Assembly: GCA_964514585.1 (NCBI GenBank)
Contig: CAZETU010000001.1
Coordinates: 210,523-274,522, forward strand
Source of the DNA: Candidatus Woesearchaeota archaeon
GTDB taxonomy: Archaea; Nanobdellota; Nanobdellia; Pacearchaeales; GW2011-AR1
Length of the DNA stretch: 64,000 nt
Direction: 5' to 3'
Below, in pieces: positions 38,833-48,151 of the stretch (position 1 is its first letter; each line of letters begins with the position of its first letter). The translations under genes and the position numbers were made by a program. Below the pieces are notes generated by a model. It was not told where the DNA came from, ran no database searches, and was given only the letters and a program-made list of their open reading frames with translations.

Positions 38833-40101
38833 CTAGAATCTAACTTTTCCCCAAAACTTCAAGGCATTTCTCAACTCAGAATTAGTCTCACTATAATCCC
38901 CCAATGTTCTACCCTTCATAACAGCGTCGACAGATTGTCTCATTGCAGTCGCTCCAACTCTAGTCCCCTGAGGATGACCATGACATCCCCCACCAGCCTG
39001 AATAATAATATCCTCGCCAAAATTCTTCATCAAATAAGGAACATGCCCAGGATAAATTCCCCCACTACAAACAGAAAAAACAGGCTTAATACTCCCCCAA
39101 TTCTGCTCAAGCCGATGCTTAGTCCTCTTAACTTCCATAGTCTCCATCTCCTCATTAATCTCACCAACCTCTCTCTTGCCTCCTCTCATTTTCCCAATTC
39201 CAGTTCCAATATGCAAGCTATCTACCCCAGCAATCCGTGCAAAATCAGCAACACTCATCATCGACAAGCCATGATTAGGGTTCTCTGTAAACGCACCATG
39301 CATCGCCCTATGCGCATGAATCCCAAGCGTCGTATTTTCACGCAAAGTCTGTAAGCTCGCAAAACCAGCAGTAATAATATCATGCATTACAAACTTCCCG
39401 CCAAGCTCCTTCGCCAAATCAGCCCTCTTCATCATCCTCATCGACTCCGCAGTCACATTAATCAAATAACCCTTCTTCTCTCCAGTCTCCTCGCTCGCCT
39501 TATCACACATCTCCAAAGTCTTAGCCGCCCTCTTTTCAAACAAATTAAATTTTTGCGAAGACAAATTCTCATCATCCTTAACCAAATCGCAACCCCCAAC
39601 CCAAGACTCAAAAGCAACCTTAGCATGATCCTTAGTTTTCAATCCCAACTTTGGTTTAACAATCGTTCCAACCAACGGCCTTTTCCTAACTCTCAAAATC
39701 TTACGATAACCTTCAATACCATAACGCGGCCCAGGAAAAGTCTTCAATAACTTTCTAGGAAACTTAATATCCTCAAGTCTCAATCCCTCAACACACTTCA
39801 TCCCAAAAACATTACCCGCTATCGACGACAAAATATTAGCAACAGAACCATCCTCAAACAAGTCCTGTGGATAAGCAATCTTCACATAATTCCCAGAAAC
39901 CGCAAAAACCTTAGCCCCCAACTTATTTACATACTTCTTATTAGATGAAACATTACACCACGTCCCAATACTCGACTCCAAAGCAACATTGTTAGCAGCC
40001 TCATTCAAACTCATGCCACTAGGAGTCACCTTAAATAAACAAATCAAGTCCTTTCTCGTAGGCTTATAATTCAAATCAACAAAATCAAATTTCTTTCCCA
40101 T
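38833..40101 (-). CDS. rbcL: RuBisCO large subunit, archaeal form III-type
   Basis: GTIVKPKLG, VKDDEN, HAHRAMH, loop-6 GKM, SGG, QAGGG. Confidence 0.95.
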   Translation of the reverse strand: MGKKFDFVDLNYKPTRKDLICLFKVTPSGMSLNEAANNVALESSIGTWCNVSSNKKYVNKLGAKVFAVSGNYVKIAYPQDLFEDGSVANILSSIAGNVFGMKCVEGLRLEDIKFPRKLLKTFPGPRYGIEGYRKILRVRKRPLVGTIVKPKLGLKTKDHAKVAFESWVGGCDLVKDDENLSSQKFNLFEKRAAKTLEMCDKASEETGEKKGYLINVTAESMRMMKRADLAKELGGKFVMHDIITAGFASLQTLRENTTLGIHAHRAMHGAFTENPNHGLSMMSVADFARIAGVDSLHIGTGIGKMRGGKREVGEINEEMETMEVKRTKHRLEQNWGSIKPVFSVCSGGIYPGHVPYLMKNFGEDIIIQAGGGCHGHPQGTRVGATAMRQSVDAVMKGRTLGDYSETNSELRNALKFWGKVRF

Positions 40102-40102
40102 T

Positions 40103-40402
40103 TTACTTTTTCTTTGACAGAAGAGGCAAATTCTTATTTTCCTTTTCTTCCCTCATGTCTTCTTTAATATCATTAATATCCCCCGCTATATCTACCTCAG
40201 ATCTCTTTATATTATAAATATTAGTCACAATACTCTCAAGAGAATGAACACCCCATCCAGCAAGATAAATCACCGCAGCCCAAGGAGAATGTTTCAACCA
40301 TAAAGGCATTTCAACAAAAACAAATATCTCCAAGGCCAACCAAACCAAAAGAAAAGCTAGGGCAAGCCAAGCCAAATAATCCCAAATCGATCGCCCCTCC
40401 AT
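40103..40402 (-). CDS. Small two-TM membrane protein
   Basis: Two hydrophobic helices then a coiled tail. Confidence 0.6.
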   Translation of the reverse strand: MEGRSIWDYLAWLALAFLLVWLALEIFVFVEMPLWLKHSPWAAVIYLAGWGVHSLESIVTNIYNIKRSEVDIAGDINDIKEDMREEKENKNLPLLSKKK

Positions 40403-40558
40403 CCCAACAACAAGCAGAATTAGTTTTTATATCTTATCAAAATTCAAAGTTAAAGACGACAAAGAATTTTCTCACACCTCTATTTAATAATTTAGTTAAA
40501 TATATCAAGTAAATTAAGTTAACGAAAGACTTAAATAGTATTACATATTAAAAGAATC

Positions 40559-41131
40559 ATGGAATTTGATGATTTTTTAACACAGCCAAAATGGCAGATA
40601 CTAGAATTAATTGCCAAAAAGCCTTCCTCTCCTGTAAAAATCTCCGAAGAAATAGGAACTTCCGTCGCATATGTAAGCCAACAACTAAAATTTCTAGAAG
40701 CAGCAGGAATAATAAAAAAAGAAAGAACAAGAGAAGTAGGTAAAGGAAAACCCCGTCTAATTTATTCAATCTCTGAAGATATATTCCACATAACCGCTCT
40801 AATAAACAAAACCCCAGAAAAGAAAAAAATAATCCCAAGCATCCATCAAAAAATAGTATTAAGAATTTGGATGCTAGATGACAAAGATCTAATTTACTTT
40901 TCAGAAAAATTATTATGGAGAGTCGAGCCATTTTTAGAAGACATAACTCAAATATCCATCGACACAAAAAAATCCAAAGTCACAATCTCTTCAAAAAACA
41001 AAAAAATAGAATCAATTATACAATCCTTTCTTAAAGAAATCAATAACAAAATAAGTTGTGAGATTTCCCCTGCTACCAAAGACCCAAATCTTTTTCATCA
41101 AATTTATAATTCGGAGGCAATAACAGTATGA
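40559..41131 (+). CDS. ArsR-like winged-HTH regulator with an additional C-terminal domain
   Basis: PKWQILELI...SPVKISEEIGTSVAYVSQQLKFLEAAGII. Confidence 0.8.
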   Translation: MEFDDFLTQPKWQILELIAKKPSSPVKISEEIGTSVAYVSQQLKFLEAAGIIKKERTREVGKGKPRLIYSISEDIFHITALINKTPEKKKIIPSIHQKIVLRIWMLDDKDLIYFSEKLLWRVEPFLEDITQISIDTKKSKVTISSKNKKIESIIQSFLKEINNKISCEISPATKDPNLFHQIYNSEAITV

Positions 41132-41907
41132 AACAAGAGACTCTAAAAATAATTTCAATAACACTCATCTTAATATTAACATTACATCTAATGCCAGCAA
41201 CGCCTAACGGGGCCTCAATTACTCCGGGAGCATCCGAAAGACCCGACTCTGGCCAAGCATCAAACCATTCCGCAATCGCAGGGAATATAACCGAACTAAC
41301 AATTTTCTCAGGAGACGGAGCATCACAAACTTGGCAAGGTTATTACGGAAACGTCTCAGGGGGACTAAGCCTAGGAGACGGCTCAAACAACATCCTATAT
41401 AACTGGAGCCTTATAACGCCAAGCGGCGAAGTATACGCCTCGACAAACTCATCAATAACATGGGTAAACATCCAATGTTTCAACTTCTCAGCAAACGGAA
41501 GCTACATAGACGAGTCAGGAAACGGCGGAACAACAAACCAATACGGAACAAACATAACGATACTCGAAAGCGAATACGGAATTTCCACAACAGACCTAGA
41601 CGGAATAAATGAAACCTTCACTATAAAAAATCACGACCTATTTTACACTTCAAACAAAGAATTCTCAGCAGACGAATGCCGAAGCCTACAACTTTTTACA
41701 AACGAAACTCAAAGCGAAGACGGTTCCTTCGAGGAATTGATTCTATACGAGCCAGCAACAAGAAGCGTCATATTCTCAACAATTTTAGAAAATTCGAAGA
41801 AAGGTTTCAATAATAAAGAGGTAGACTTTCAAATGGTAGTCCCAGAAGACGGCCACGACGCCGACACCCAAACAACAATGTACTTCTTCTTCATAGAGAT
41901 AGAATAA
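41128..41907 (+). CDS. Secreted beta-rich protein; paralog of 19238-19948
   Basis: Signal peptide; GNITEL, WQGYYG, YNWSLITPSGEVYA, DFQMVVPE. Confidence 0.75.
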   Translation: MKQETLKIISITLILILTLHLMPATPNGASITPGASERPDSGQASNHSAIAGNITELTIFSGDGASQTWQGYYGNVSGGLSLGDGSNNILYNWSLITPSGEVYASTNSSITWVNIQCFNFSANGSYIDESGNGGTTNQYGTNITILESEYGISTTDLDGINETFTIKNHDLFYTSNKEFSADECRSLQLFTNETQSEDGSFEELILYEPATRSVIFSTILENSKKGFNNKEVDFQMVVPEDGHDADTQTTMYFFFIEIE

Positions 41908-42534
41908 TCAAAAATCAATCCCAAATCTTTTCAATTCTCTTTTCAGTTGCCTCGGATTTTCAAAACGAATAGTATTTATTCCCAACTTTTTCGCAGGACG
42001 AATATCATCAACCAAACTGTCTCCAATCATCAAAACCTCGTCGGGTTTCACCCCATATCTCTTCATAATTTTTTTAAAACCTTTCAACGAAGGCTTAACT
42101 TCTCCATCTTCAAAAGAAAACATCGTATAATCAATAGAGTTTAATAAAGAAGTATTCTTCCTCAAATATTCAACCGAAAAAATACTTGTATTAGAAAGCA
42201 AAGCAATTTTGTACCCATCTTGTTTCAACTTTTTAATCAAAGGTAGCGAATGAGAATATAATCTAGCCCTTTTCTCCCTCTTATCCCTAATTCCCAAAAC
42301 AGTATTCACATTTTGCTCACAAGCATCTATCCCCATCTTCTTACATAAAAATTCATAAGCGGAATACTTGTCTTTCCATTTTCTAGTCTGAAGAGCCATT
42401 TCAAATTTTTTCCGAAGAACTTCCCTTGACCCTTTCAAATTAAATTCCCTTCTTATAACATCTATAGTCCCATTTCTCAAATCCTTGTAAACAAGTGTCT
42501 TCCATAAATCAAAAATAACCACCTTAATTTCCAT
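41908..42534 (-). CDS. HAD-superfamily hydrolase
   Basis: VIFDLWKTL, LLSNT, KP, MIGDSLVDD; true start taken as ATG at 42534. Confidence 0.9.
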   Translation of the reverse strand: MEIKVVIFDLWKTLVYKDLRNGTIDVIRREFNLKGSREVLRKKFEMALQTRKWKDKYSAYEFLCKKMGIDACEQNVNTVLGIRDKREKRARLYSHSLPLIKKLKQDGYKIALLSNTSIFSVEYLRKNTSLLNSIDYTMFSFEDGEVKPSLKGFKKIMKRYGVKPDEVLMIGDSLVDDIRPAKKLGINTIRFENPRQLKRELKRFGIDF

Positions 42535-42535
42535 C

Positions 42536-42655
42536 CTACTTCCCACAACTAGTACAGTCCCCACATTTTCTATGATATGCTTGGCACTCCGAACATCTCC
42601 CATGTCGAGGACAATCCCACGTACACGGACAATCTGGATTCTCAACTTCACTCAT
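42536..42655 (-). CDS. 39-aa 8-Cys microprotein, absent from the ORF track
   Basis: Manual translation MSEVENPDCPCTWDCPRHGRCSECQAYHRKCGDCTSCGK*; ATGA overlap with the upstream gene; stop 1 nt before the HAD start. Confidence 0.8.
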   Translation of the reverse strand: MSEVENPDCPCTWDCPRHGRCSECQAYHRKCGDCTSCGK

Positions 42656-42987
42656 ATTTTTTTAATATTTTTTATTTCAATAACTATCGCCCCCTTAACA
42701 TCAAACTCCTCGTTCTCAGGCAACTCTTTTACAAAATCAAACCATTTCCCAGAATCAAAATACTCAACGATACCATCAATTTCAATACCTTCATCATTTT
42801 CCCAGAAAACCAGAGAAACATTAGGATTGCTTTTAATATTTTCAATAGTAGTATTCATAAAATTATTTGTAATTATAATTTTATTATCCCTAATATCATT
42901 AATCTCCACAGCAATATTGTGAGGACAATTGTCTCGACCGACACTCGCCAACGCAATATTTTTATTTTTCAAATCTTCAACTTCCAT
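42652..42987 (-). CDS. Pyridoxamine 5'-phosphate oxidase-like FMN-binding split-barrel protein
   Basis: ALASVGRDNCPH, TIENIKSNPNVSL, KGAIVIEI. Confidence 0.82.
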   Translation of the reverse strand: MEVEDLKNKNIALASVGRDNCPHNIAVEINDIRDNKIIITNNFMNTTIENIKSNPNVSLVFWENDEGIEIDGIVEYFDSGKWFDFVKELPENEEFDVKGAIVIEIKNIKKI

Positions 42988-44350
42988 TCTCCAACACATA
43001 CCCTTCTTTACTATCCTTAATAATCCATCCCATTTCTTTCAACTTATCCCGCAACTCATCAGACTTCCCCCAATTCTTTTCAGCCCGAGCTTTCTCCCTC
43101 TCATCAGCAATCTCTCTAATCTCCGAAGGAACCTCAACTTCCTCAGTCTCCAACAACTTCAGCCCAAAAACCTGATCCATCTTTTTTATCGTCCCAATCT
43201 TACCCTCAGCCTTCTCATCCCTAACCAAACTCCAAAGCACAGCCAAAGCCCCAGGCATATCCAAATCATCATTAATCCTCGCCTCAAACTCTTTCAAATA
43301 TTTCTTATTAATCCCACGAACATTCTCCAATCCCGAAATAATATTCCTCAACTTCCTATAAGAATCAACAGCACTCTGCATAGCCTCATTACTCCAAGTC
43401 AAAGGCTTCCTATACTTCGCCGAAAAAGTAAAATACCGATACGCCAAAGGATCAATTCCCTCTTCTTCCAACTGACTAATCGTCTTAATCTTTCCAGCCG
43501 ACTTAGACATCTTCCCACCTTTAATATTCAAAAACGCTCCATGCATCCAAGTCTTCACCCACGGCTTTTTCCCAAAAGCACACTCCGACTGTGCAATCTC
43601 ATTCTCATGATGCACCGACGCCAAATCCTCGCCGCCAGTATGAATATCAAACTGCTTTCCCAAATATTTAGAACTCATAGCCGAACACTCAATATGCCAT
43701 CCAGGAAAACCAAGTCCCCAAGGGCTCTCCCATTCCTGTTGCCTCTCTCCCGGCGTCCCACTAAATTTCCAAAGCGCAAAATCCGTCTTATTTTTCTTCT
43801 CCTTAGCACTAATCCGTTTCCCCTCTTTAAGCCCCTCAATTTTCTTATTCGTCAACTTCCCATAATCACCAAACTTAGAACTATCAAAATAAACCCCGTC
43901 ACTAGTTTTATAAGTATAATCTTTCTTCTCCAAAATCTTAATCAAATCAATCTGTTCCTTAATGTGTTCAGTAGCCCTAGGCCAAAAATCAGGCTCAATC
44001 AAATTCAACTTAGCAAAATCCTCTTTAAACGCCTTAAAATAAAACTCACTAATCTCCTTAGCCGTCTTCCCTTCACTAGCCGCCGCCTTCTCTAACTTAT
44101 CGTCCCCCTCGTCACCATCCGAAGTCAAATGCCCAACATCCGTCACATTAATCACATGCTTAACATCAAAACCATTATACATCAAAACCCGTTTCAAAAC
44201 ATCAGCAAAAACCGAACTCCGAAAATTCCCAACATGCGCATACCAATAAACCGTCGGCCCACAAGTATAAATCCCAACCTTCCCATCTTTAATCGGAACA
44301 AAATCTTCCTTTTTCCGCGTCAACGTATTATACAATTTTATCATATCCAA
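42977..44350 (-). CDS. cysS: Cysteine--tRNA ligase
   Basis: YTCGPTVY..AHVGN, GFPGWHIECSAM, HHENEIAQ, KMSKS. Confidence 0.97.
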   Translation of the reverse strand: MDMIKLYNTLTRKKEDFVPIKDGKVGIYTCGPTVYWYAHVGNFRSSVFADVLKRVLMYNGFDVKHVINVTDVGHLTSDGDEGDDKLEKAAASEGKTAKEISEFYFKAFKEDFAKLNLIEPDFWPRATEHIKEQIDLIKILEKKDYTYKTSDGVYFDSSKFGDYGKLTNKKIEGLKEGKRISAKEKKNKTDFALWKFSGTPGERQQEWESPWGLGFPGWHIECSAMSSKYLGKQFDIHTGGEDLASVHHENEIAQSECAFGKKPWVKTWMHGAFLNIKGGKMSKSAGKIKTISQLEEEGIDPLAYRYFTFSAKYRKPLTWSNEAMQSAVDSYRKLRNIISGLENVRGINKKYLKEFEARINDDLDMPGALAVLWSLVRDEKAEGKIGTIKKMDQVFGLKLLETEEVEVPSEIREIADEREKARAEKNWGKSDELRDKLKEMGWIIKDSKEGYVLENGS

Positions 44351-44376
44351 GTGAAATAAATTAGATTAATAAAACT

Positions 44377-45066
44377 TTAGAATTCAAGAATTGTGAAATC
44401 CCCTTCAGAACCTAAATTAATAACCTTAGTTTTCCCAATTTTTGATTGTCCTCGAGCCTCATGGATATGTCCACACAAAACAAGTTTAGGCTGATATCTA
44501 CGAATAGCTTTCAATAATATTTTGGAACCAACATGCTTCCCAGAGTGAATTTTATCAACATGACCAAAAGGTGGAGCATGAGATAGTAAAACAGAATTTT
44601 TGTATTTCTTCAGCAATTCAGAAAGTTTCAAAAATCTCTTATTATTCAAATCATTACTATAAAATCCCTTAAATTTTTCCTCAAGCCAAAAGTGAGAATG
44701 CTTTTCATAAATCATATCGAACAAAACAAAAACTTTTTTCTTTATTTTAACTGCCCCCGTTTCCCTATAATAAAGATTCTTATTTTTGAATTTTCTAAGC
44801 AAGTCCTTAAAATATTTAGAGCCCTCCTGTGTTAAAAACATATTGCCCTTAAAAATAATTAGAGGAAGCCCACAAGAAAGAAGTTTTTTCAAAACCGCCT
44901 CACCTTTTTTCAAATCAGGAAATCCTCCTTTATTCTTACTTCTCTTGATTGGGAAAACTTCCCCAACGCAAATAATCAACTCAATCTCATACTTCTTAAT
45001 CAAACTGTCAATATTCTTTGGAAGCTTTCCGTGAGGATCACCAAGGGCAAGAACTTTCATACTCAA
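44377..45066 (-). CDS. Calcineurin-like metallophosphoesterase
   Basis: GDPHG, GN, SHAPP, GHIHE. Confidence 0.85.
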   Translation of the reverse strand: MSMKVLALGDPHGKLPKNIDSLIKKYEIELIICVGEVFPIKRSKNKGGFPDLKKGEAVLKKLLSCGLPLIIFKGNMFLTQEGSKYFKDLLRKFKNKNLYYRETGAVKIKKKVFVLFDMIYEKHSHFWLEEKFKGFYSNDLNNKRFLKLSELLKKYKNSVLLSHAPPFGHVDKIHSGKHVGSKILLKAIRRYQPKLVLCGHIHEARGQSKIGKTKVINLGSEGDFTILEF

Positions 45067-46601
45067 CTAAGAAATTTCACACTTTTAACTCTTCCTTTCT
45101 TAGAATCAAAATCAATCATAACCTGCGCCCGCTTCCCATAACCAGGATTAATCAACAAAGTCTTTCCCAATTTATCCCGCCCAGGATGATCATGAATATG
45201 TCCACCAACACAAACCACAGGTTTAAACTTCGTGCAAAATTTCCGCGCAATCGTCGACCCTAAATGTTTCCCATAAGCATAAGACTTTTTGTCCATCACC
45301 CTATCCAACTTCGTCCCATTCGGAATATTATGACTAATAAAAAAAGTCGGCAACCGTTTATTTTTCCGACCCTTATGCGCCCCCTCCAACTTCCCAACAA
45401 TCCTATCATGAGCTCTCTTTAATTTTTCAACCTGCTTCTTGCTATACTCCCCATTTTTTCTCTTACCAAAACTCTCCGGCGCACTACTTAACCCATAACC
45501 AACAAAATTAATCCCACCAAACGGGGCGTTATGTAACATACAATTATGAACATTCTTCGTCCCCTTAATCAAATTAGAATTAATCTCATCTCCAGCCCAC
45601 GAATCATAAAACCATTTCAAATAGCTATAACTACTTGCATCCAAATTCTTAATCCTCGACTTTCCATAACTCTGATCCCAATTCCCCCCAACCATAAAAA
45701 TCGGTTTTCCAAAAGAATCAAGATACTTCAAAACCTTATTACCTTCCTCAACGGACATCTTCTCATAACTCTCTAGCTTCTTTCTGCTTCCCAAAATTTT
45801 AGAAGCAAATGCCTCAAAATCCAACGACGTATCAGTCGCCCCAACTTTTTTCAATTCCCTAAACCACTTCTTGTAAATCGGCGCAATCTTCCGGTCATCA
45901 CAAATATCCCCAACCAAAACCATACAACCAAAATCCCTATCCTTAATCACAGGTCGTCTCCCATGCAAATCACCAATCACTAGAATTTTCATGCTATTCA
46001 CTTTATGAGCAACCAAAACAGGATTATACCCCTGTCGCTTATTAATCTTAAACCCCTTCAGTAAATCTTTCTTAGAAAGAGTAATCAACCCATCTCTCGA
46101 GCACATAAAAAAATACTTATCCCCTTCCTTCTTGTAGGCAACAATCCAATGAGGGACCGAAGGTTTACCATTCTTCATATAAAAACTAGAAGTCAGCACT
46201 GCAACACGATTTCCCGCAGCCAACAAAGCGTCTAACTTGTTCATAGGATCATCAAGCGCCTTAACCATTGAAGAAAATTTCTTATTCAAACCATTAAACC
46301 TCTTCCTAGCTGCAGCCTTATATTCAGTCTGTAACTTTTTAGGAATTTTCTCATGACGAATCATCAAGTCGAACATTTTATTATTTAATTTTTTAGAGCA
46401 AGTATAAATCGTCAAATCTACATTATGTTCTTTTGCCCAAACCAAAAAAGCAGAATAAGAAGACGCCTTAAATGGTTTAAGTTTCCCTGTCCGTGAAAGT
46501 CCCATCTCAATTTCTTTATTTGCCTTAATCCCAGCGAGGTTAATAAAAGCACAAGGTCCACAATTAAATGAAGATTTAGTAGTATAAACTTTCATATCCA
46601 A
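45063..46601 (-). CDS. Fusion of a C39-like papain-fold domain and a metallophosphoesterase
   Basis: N-terminal SSFNCGPCA...PHWIVAY; C-terminal IGDLHG, VGD, GGNWD, SHNIP, GHIHD. Confidence 0.75.
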   Translation of the reverse strand: MDMKVYTTKSSFNCGPCAFINLAGIKANKEIEMGLSRTGKLKPFKASSYSAFLVWAKEHNVDLTIYTCSKKLNNKMFDLMIRHEKIPKKLQTEYKAAARKRFNGLNKKFSSMVKALDDPMNKLDALLAAGNRVAVLTSSFYMKNGKPSVPHWIVAYKKEGDKYFFMCSRDGLITLSKKDLLKGFKINKRQGYNPVLVAHKVNSMKILVIGDLHGRRPVIKDRDFGCMVLVGDICDDRKIAPIYKKWFRELKKVGATDTSLDFEAFASKILGSRKKLESYEKMSVEEGNKVLKYLDSFGKPIFMVGGNWDQSYGKSRIKNLDASSYSYLKWFYDSWAGDEINSNLIKGTKNVHNCMLHNAPFGGINFVGYGLSSAPESFGKRKNGEYSKKQVEKLKRAHDRIVGKLEGAHKGRKNKRLPTFFISHNIPNGTKLDRVMDKKSYAYGKHLGSTIARKFCTKFKPVVCVGGHIHDHPGRDKLGKTLLINPGYGKRAQVMIDFDSKKGRVKSVKFLS

Positions 46602-46625
46602 CCATCCAAAAACAATTATTTAAAT

Positions 46626-47171
46626 TTAAGCAAGTACTTCAACATCAAAGAAATCAGTAGCATAAGCAGAGCCGTCCATCTTCACATCAATATGCATCCT
46701 AAACGTACAAAGCGGCGCATTCTCAGGAATAAAAAATCTAACAATCCCAAAATAAGAATCCCCAGGAGCAATCGTCATCTGATCACTTCGCCCAGTCTTA
46801 AGCCAACCCTCAATCGCCTTTTCATCAACCCCACATTTCTTTCGAACATCAGGATCAGAAACAGTAACCTCATAACTAAACTTCCCAACCTCAGCAGTCC
46901 CCCTCACCAAATTCTTTATACCAAACGCAATACCCCAGTCCTCATTCTGCTCAATCTTCGCAATCTGATTCGGCAAATAAACAACAGTCCTCTTATCCTC
47001 AACAAACAACTTATTTATCTGCGCCTTAACCTTATCATTCATCTGCAAAATATTCTCACTCGACCCAGTAAAAATATTCTTAACCAAAACCAACCCCAAA
47101 ATCAACATCGACATCGCCAAAACAATCACAACAATCGTCCCAATAGACAACTCTATCGCACCCTTTTTCAT
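46626..47171 (-). CDS. Pilin-like protein with class III signal peptide
   Basis: MKKG-AIELSIGTIVVIVLAMSMLILGL (Glu near +3 to +5). Confidence 0.78.
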   Translation of the reverse strand: MKKGAIELSIGTIVVIVLAMSMLILGLVLVKNIFTGSSENILQMNDKVKAQINKLFVEDKRTVVYLPNQIAKIEQNEDWGIAFGIKNLVRGTAEVGKFSYEVTVSDPDVRKKCGVDEKAIEGWLKTGRSDQMTIAPGDSYFGIVRFFIPENAPLCTFRMHIDVKMDGSAYATDFFDVEVLA

Positions 47172-47218
47172 ACAAGTCTATCGTTTCTTTTCTTTATAAA
47201 AGTTATGGGAAAATAAAA

Positions 47219-47290
47219 TGGGACTGGGGAGAATCGAACTCCCTACACCACGGTCTTCAGCCGTGTGCTCTCCCAATGAGCTACAGCCCC
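47219..47290 (-). tRNA. tRNA-Phe (GAA), no encoded CCA
   Basis: Acceptor GGGGCTG/CAGTCCC; anticodon arm CACGG-ctGAAga-CCGTG; T-arm GGGAG-TTCGATT-CTCCC. Confidence 0.95.
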
Positions 47291-47330
47291 ATTCAATATC
47301 AAGAGAAAAGTTACTTTTTAAGTTTAATCA

Positions 47331-47453
47331 TGAGGAGTGCGAGAATCGAACGTCTACACCGAACGATTAGGTCTGAACAAATTTAGAAATAATTGCAGAC
47401 ATGATTGTGAGTAGGTCTTCAGCCGTGTGCTCTCTCGGGTGAGCTACAGCCCC
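47331..47453 (-). pseudogene. Degenerate tandem tRNA-Phe copy with an insertion of about 50 nt
   Basis: 5' half nearly identical to tRNA-Phe; 38-nt upstream region duplicated exactly (47291-47328 = 47454-47491); T-arm and acceptor stem mispaired. Confidence 0.7.
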
Positions 47454-47547
47454 ATTCAATATCAAGAGAAAAGTTACTTTTTAAGTTTAATTACAAATAG
47501 TAAGGCTCTTCCAAAAACAATAAAAAGAAACTTTTCTTAACTCTACT

Positions 47548-48135
47548 ATGTCGAAACTAGGATTCGAAGCAAAAAGAAAATTAATCCACCTTCTTGGTCT
47601 CACATATGTTCTCATCTACTGGCTAGCCCTAAAACTTCTCGGCCACCGAATCGCAATGCTAATACTCCTTTGTATTTTAATAACTTTCATCACAATAGAA
47701 TTTTTCAGAATCAAAGAACACATGAAAATCCCGATATTCCACGTTCTCTGGCGATCAAAAGAAGAAAACACCCTCGGCGGACAAGTTTATTTCATGCTCG
47801 GAATAATTATAGCACTAGGTTTATTTGAGTTCAACATAGCACTCGCAGTAATTTTGATGACAGTATTCGGAGATATGGCAGCCGCAATATTCGGAATCGC
47901 CTTCGGTAAACACTGGATCAAGAGCCTACCAGACACAGCATGGGAGGGTTGCATCGCAGAATTCATAGTTGACGTTGCAATAGGACTTTTCATAATCGGC
48001 GACCCAATTATCGCAATCCCAATGGCACTAATGGCAACAATCGTAGAAACAATCTTCCCTCACATTGACGACAACTTAGCAATTCCAGTCTTCGCAGGTT
48101 TCGTCGGCCAAGGATTAAAATTACTTTTCCCTTAA
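47548..48135 (+). CDS. CTP-dependent polyprenol/diacylglycerol kinase family membrane protein
   Basis: RKLIH, FGDMAAAIFG...GKH, EG, DDNLAIP. Confidence 0.85.
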   Translation: MSKLGFEAKRKLIHLLGLTYVLIYWLALKLLGHRIAMLILLCILITFITIEFFRIKEHMKIPIFHVLWRSKEENTLGGQVYFMLGIIIALGLFEFNIALAVILMTVFGDMAAAIFGIAFGKHWIKSLPDTAWEGCIAEFIVDVAIGLFIIGDPIIAIPMALMATIVETIFPHIDDNLAIPVFAGFVGQGLKLLFP

Positions 48136-48151
48136 TCCAAGAAAAATAAAC

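Noticed and set aside
41908-42651. 247-aa HAD ORF with a 39-aa N-terminal extension
   Set aside because: The extension is the shadow frame of the 8-Cys microprotein; HAD motif I begins right after ATG 42534.
47331-47453. Functional intron-containing or split tRNA-Phe
   Set aside because: Even after removing the insert, the T-stem and acceptor stem do not pair, and I could not identify a clear bulge-helix-bulge motif.
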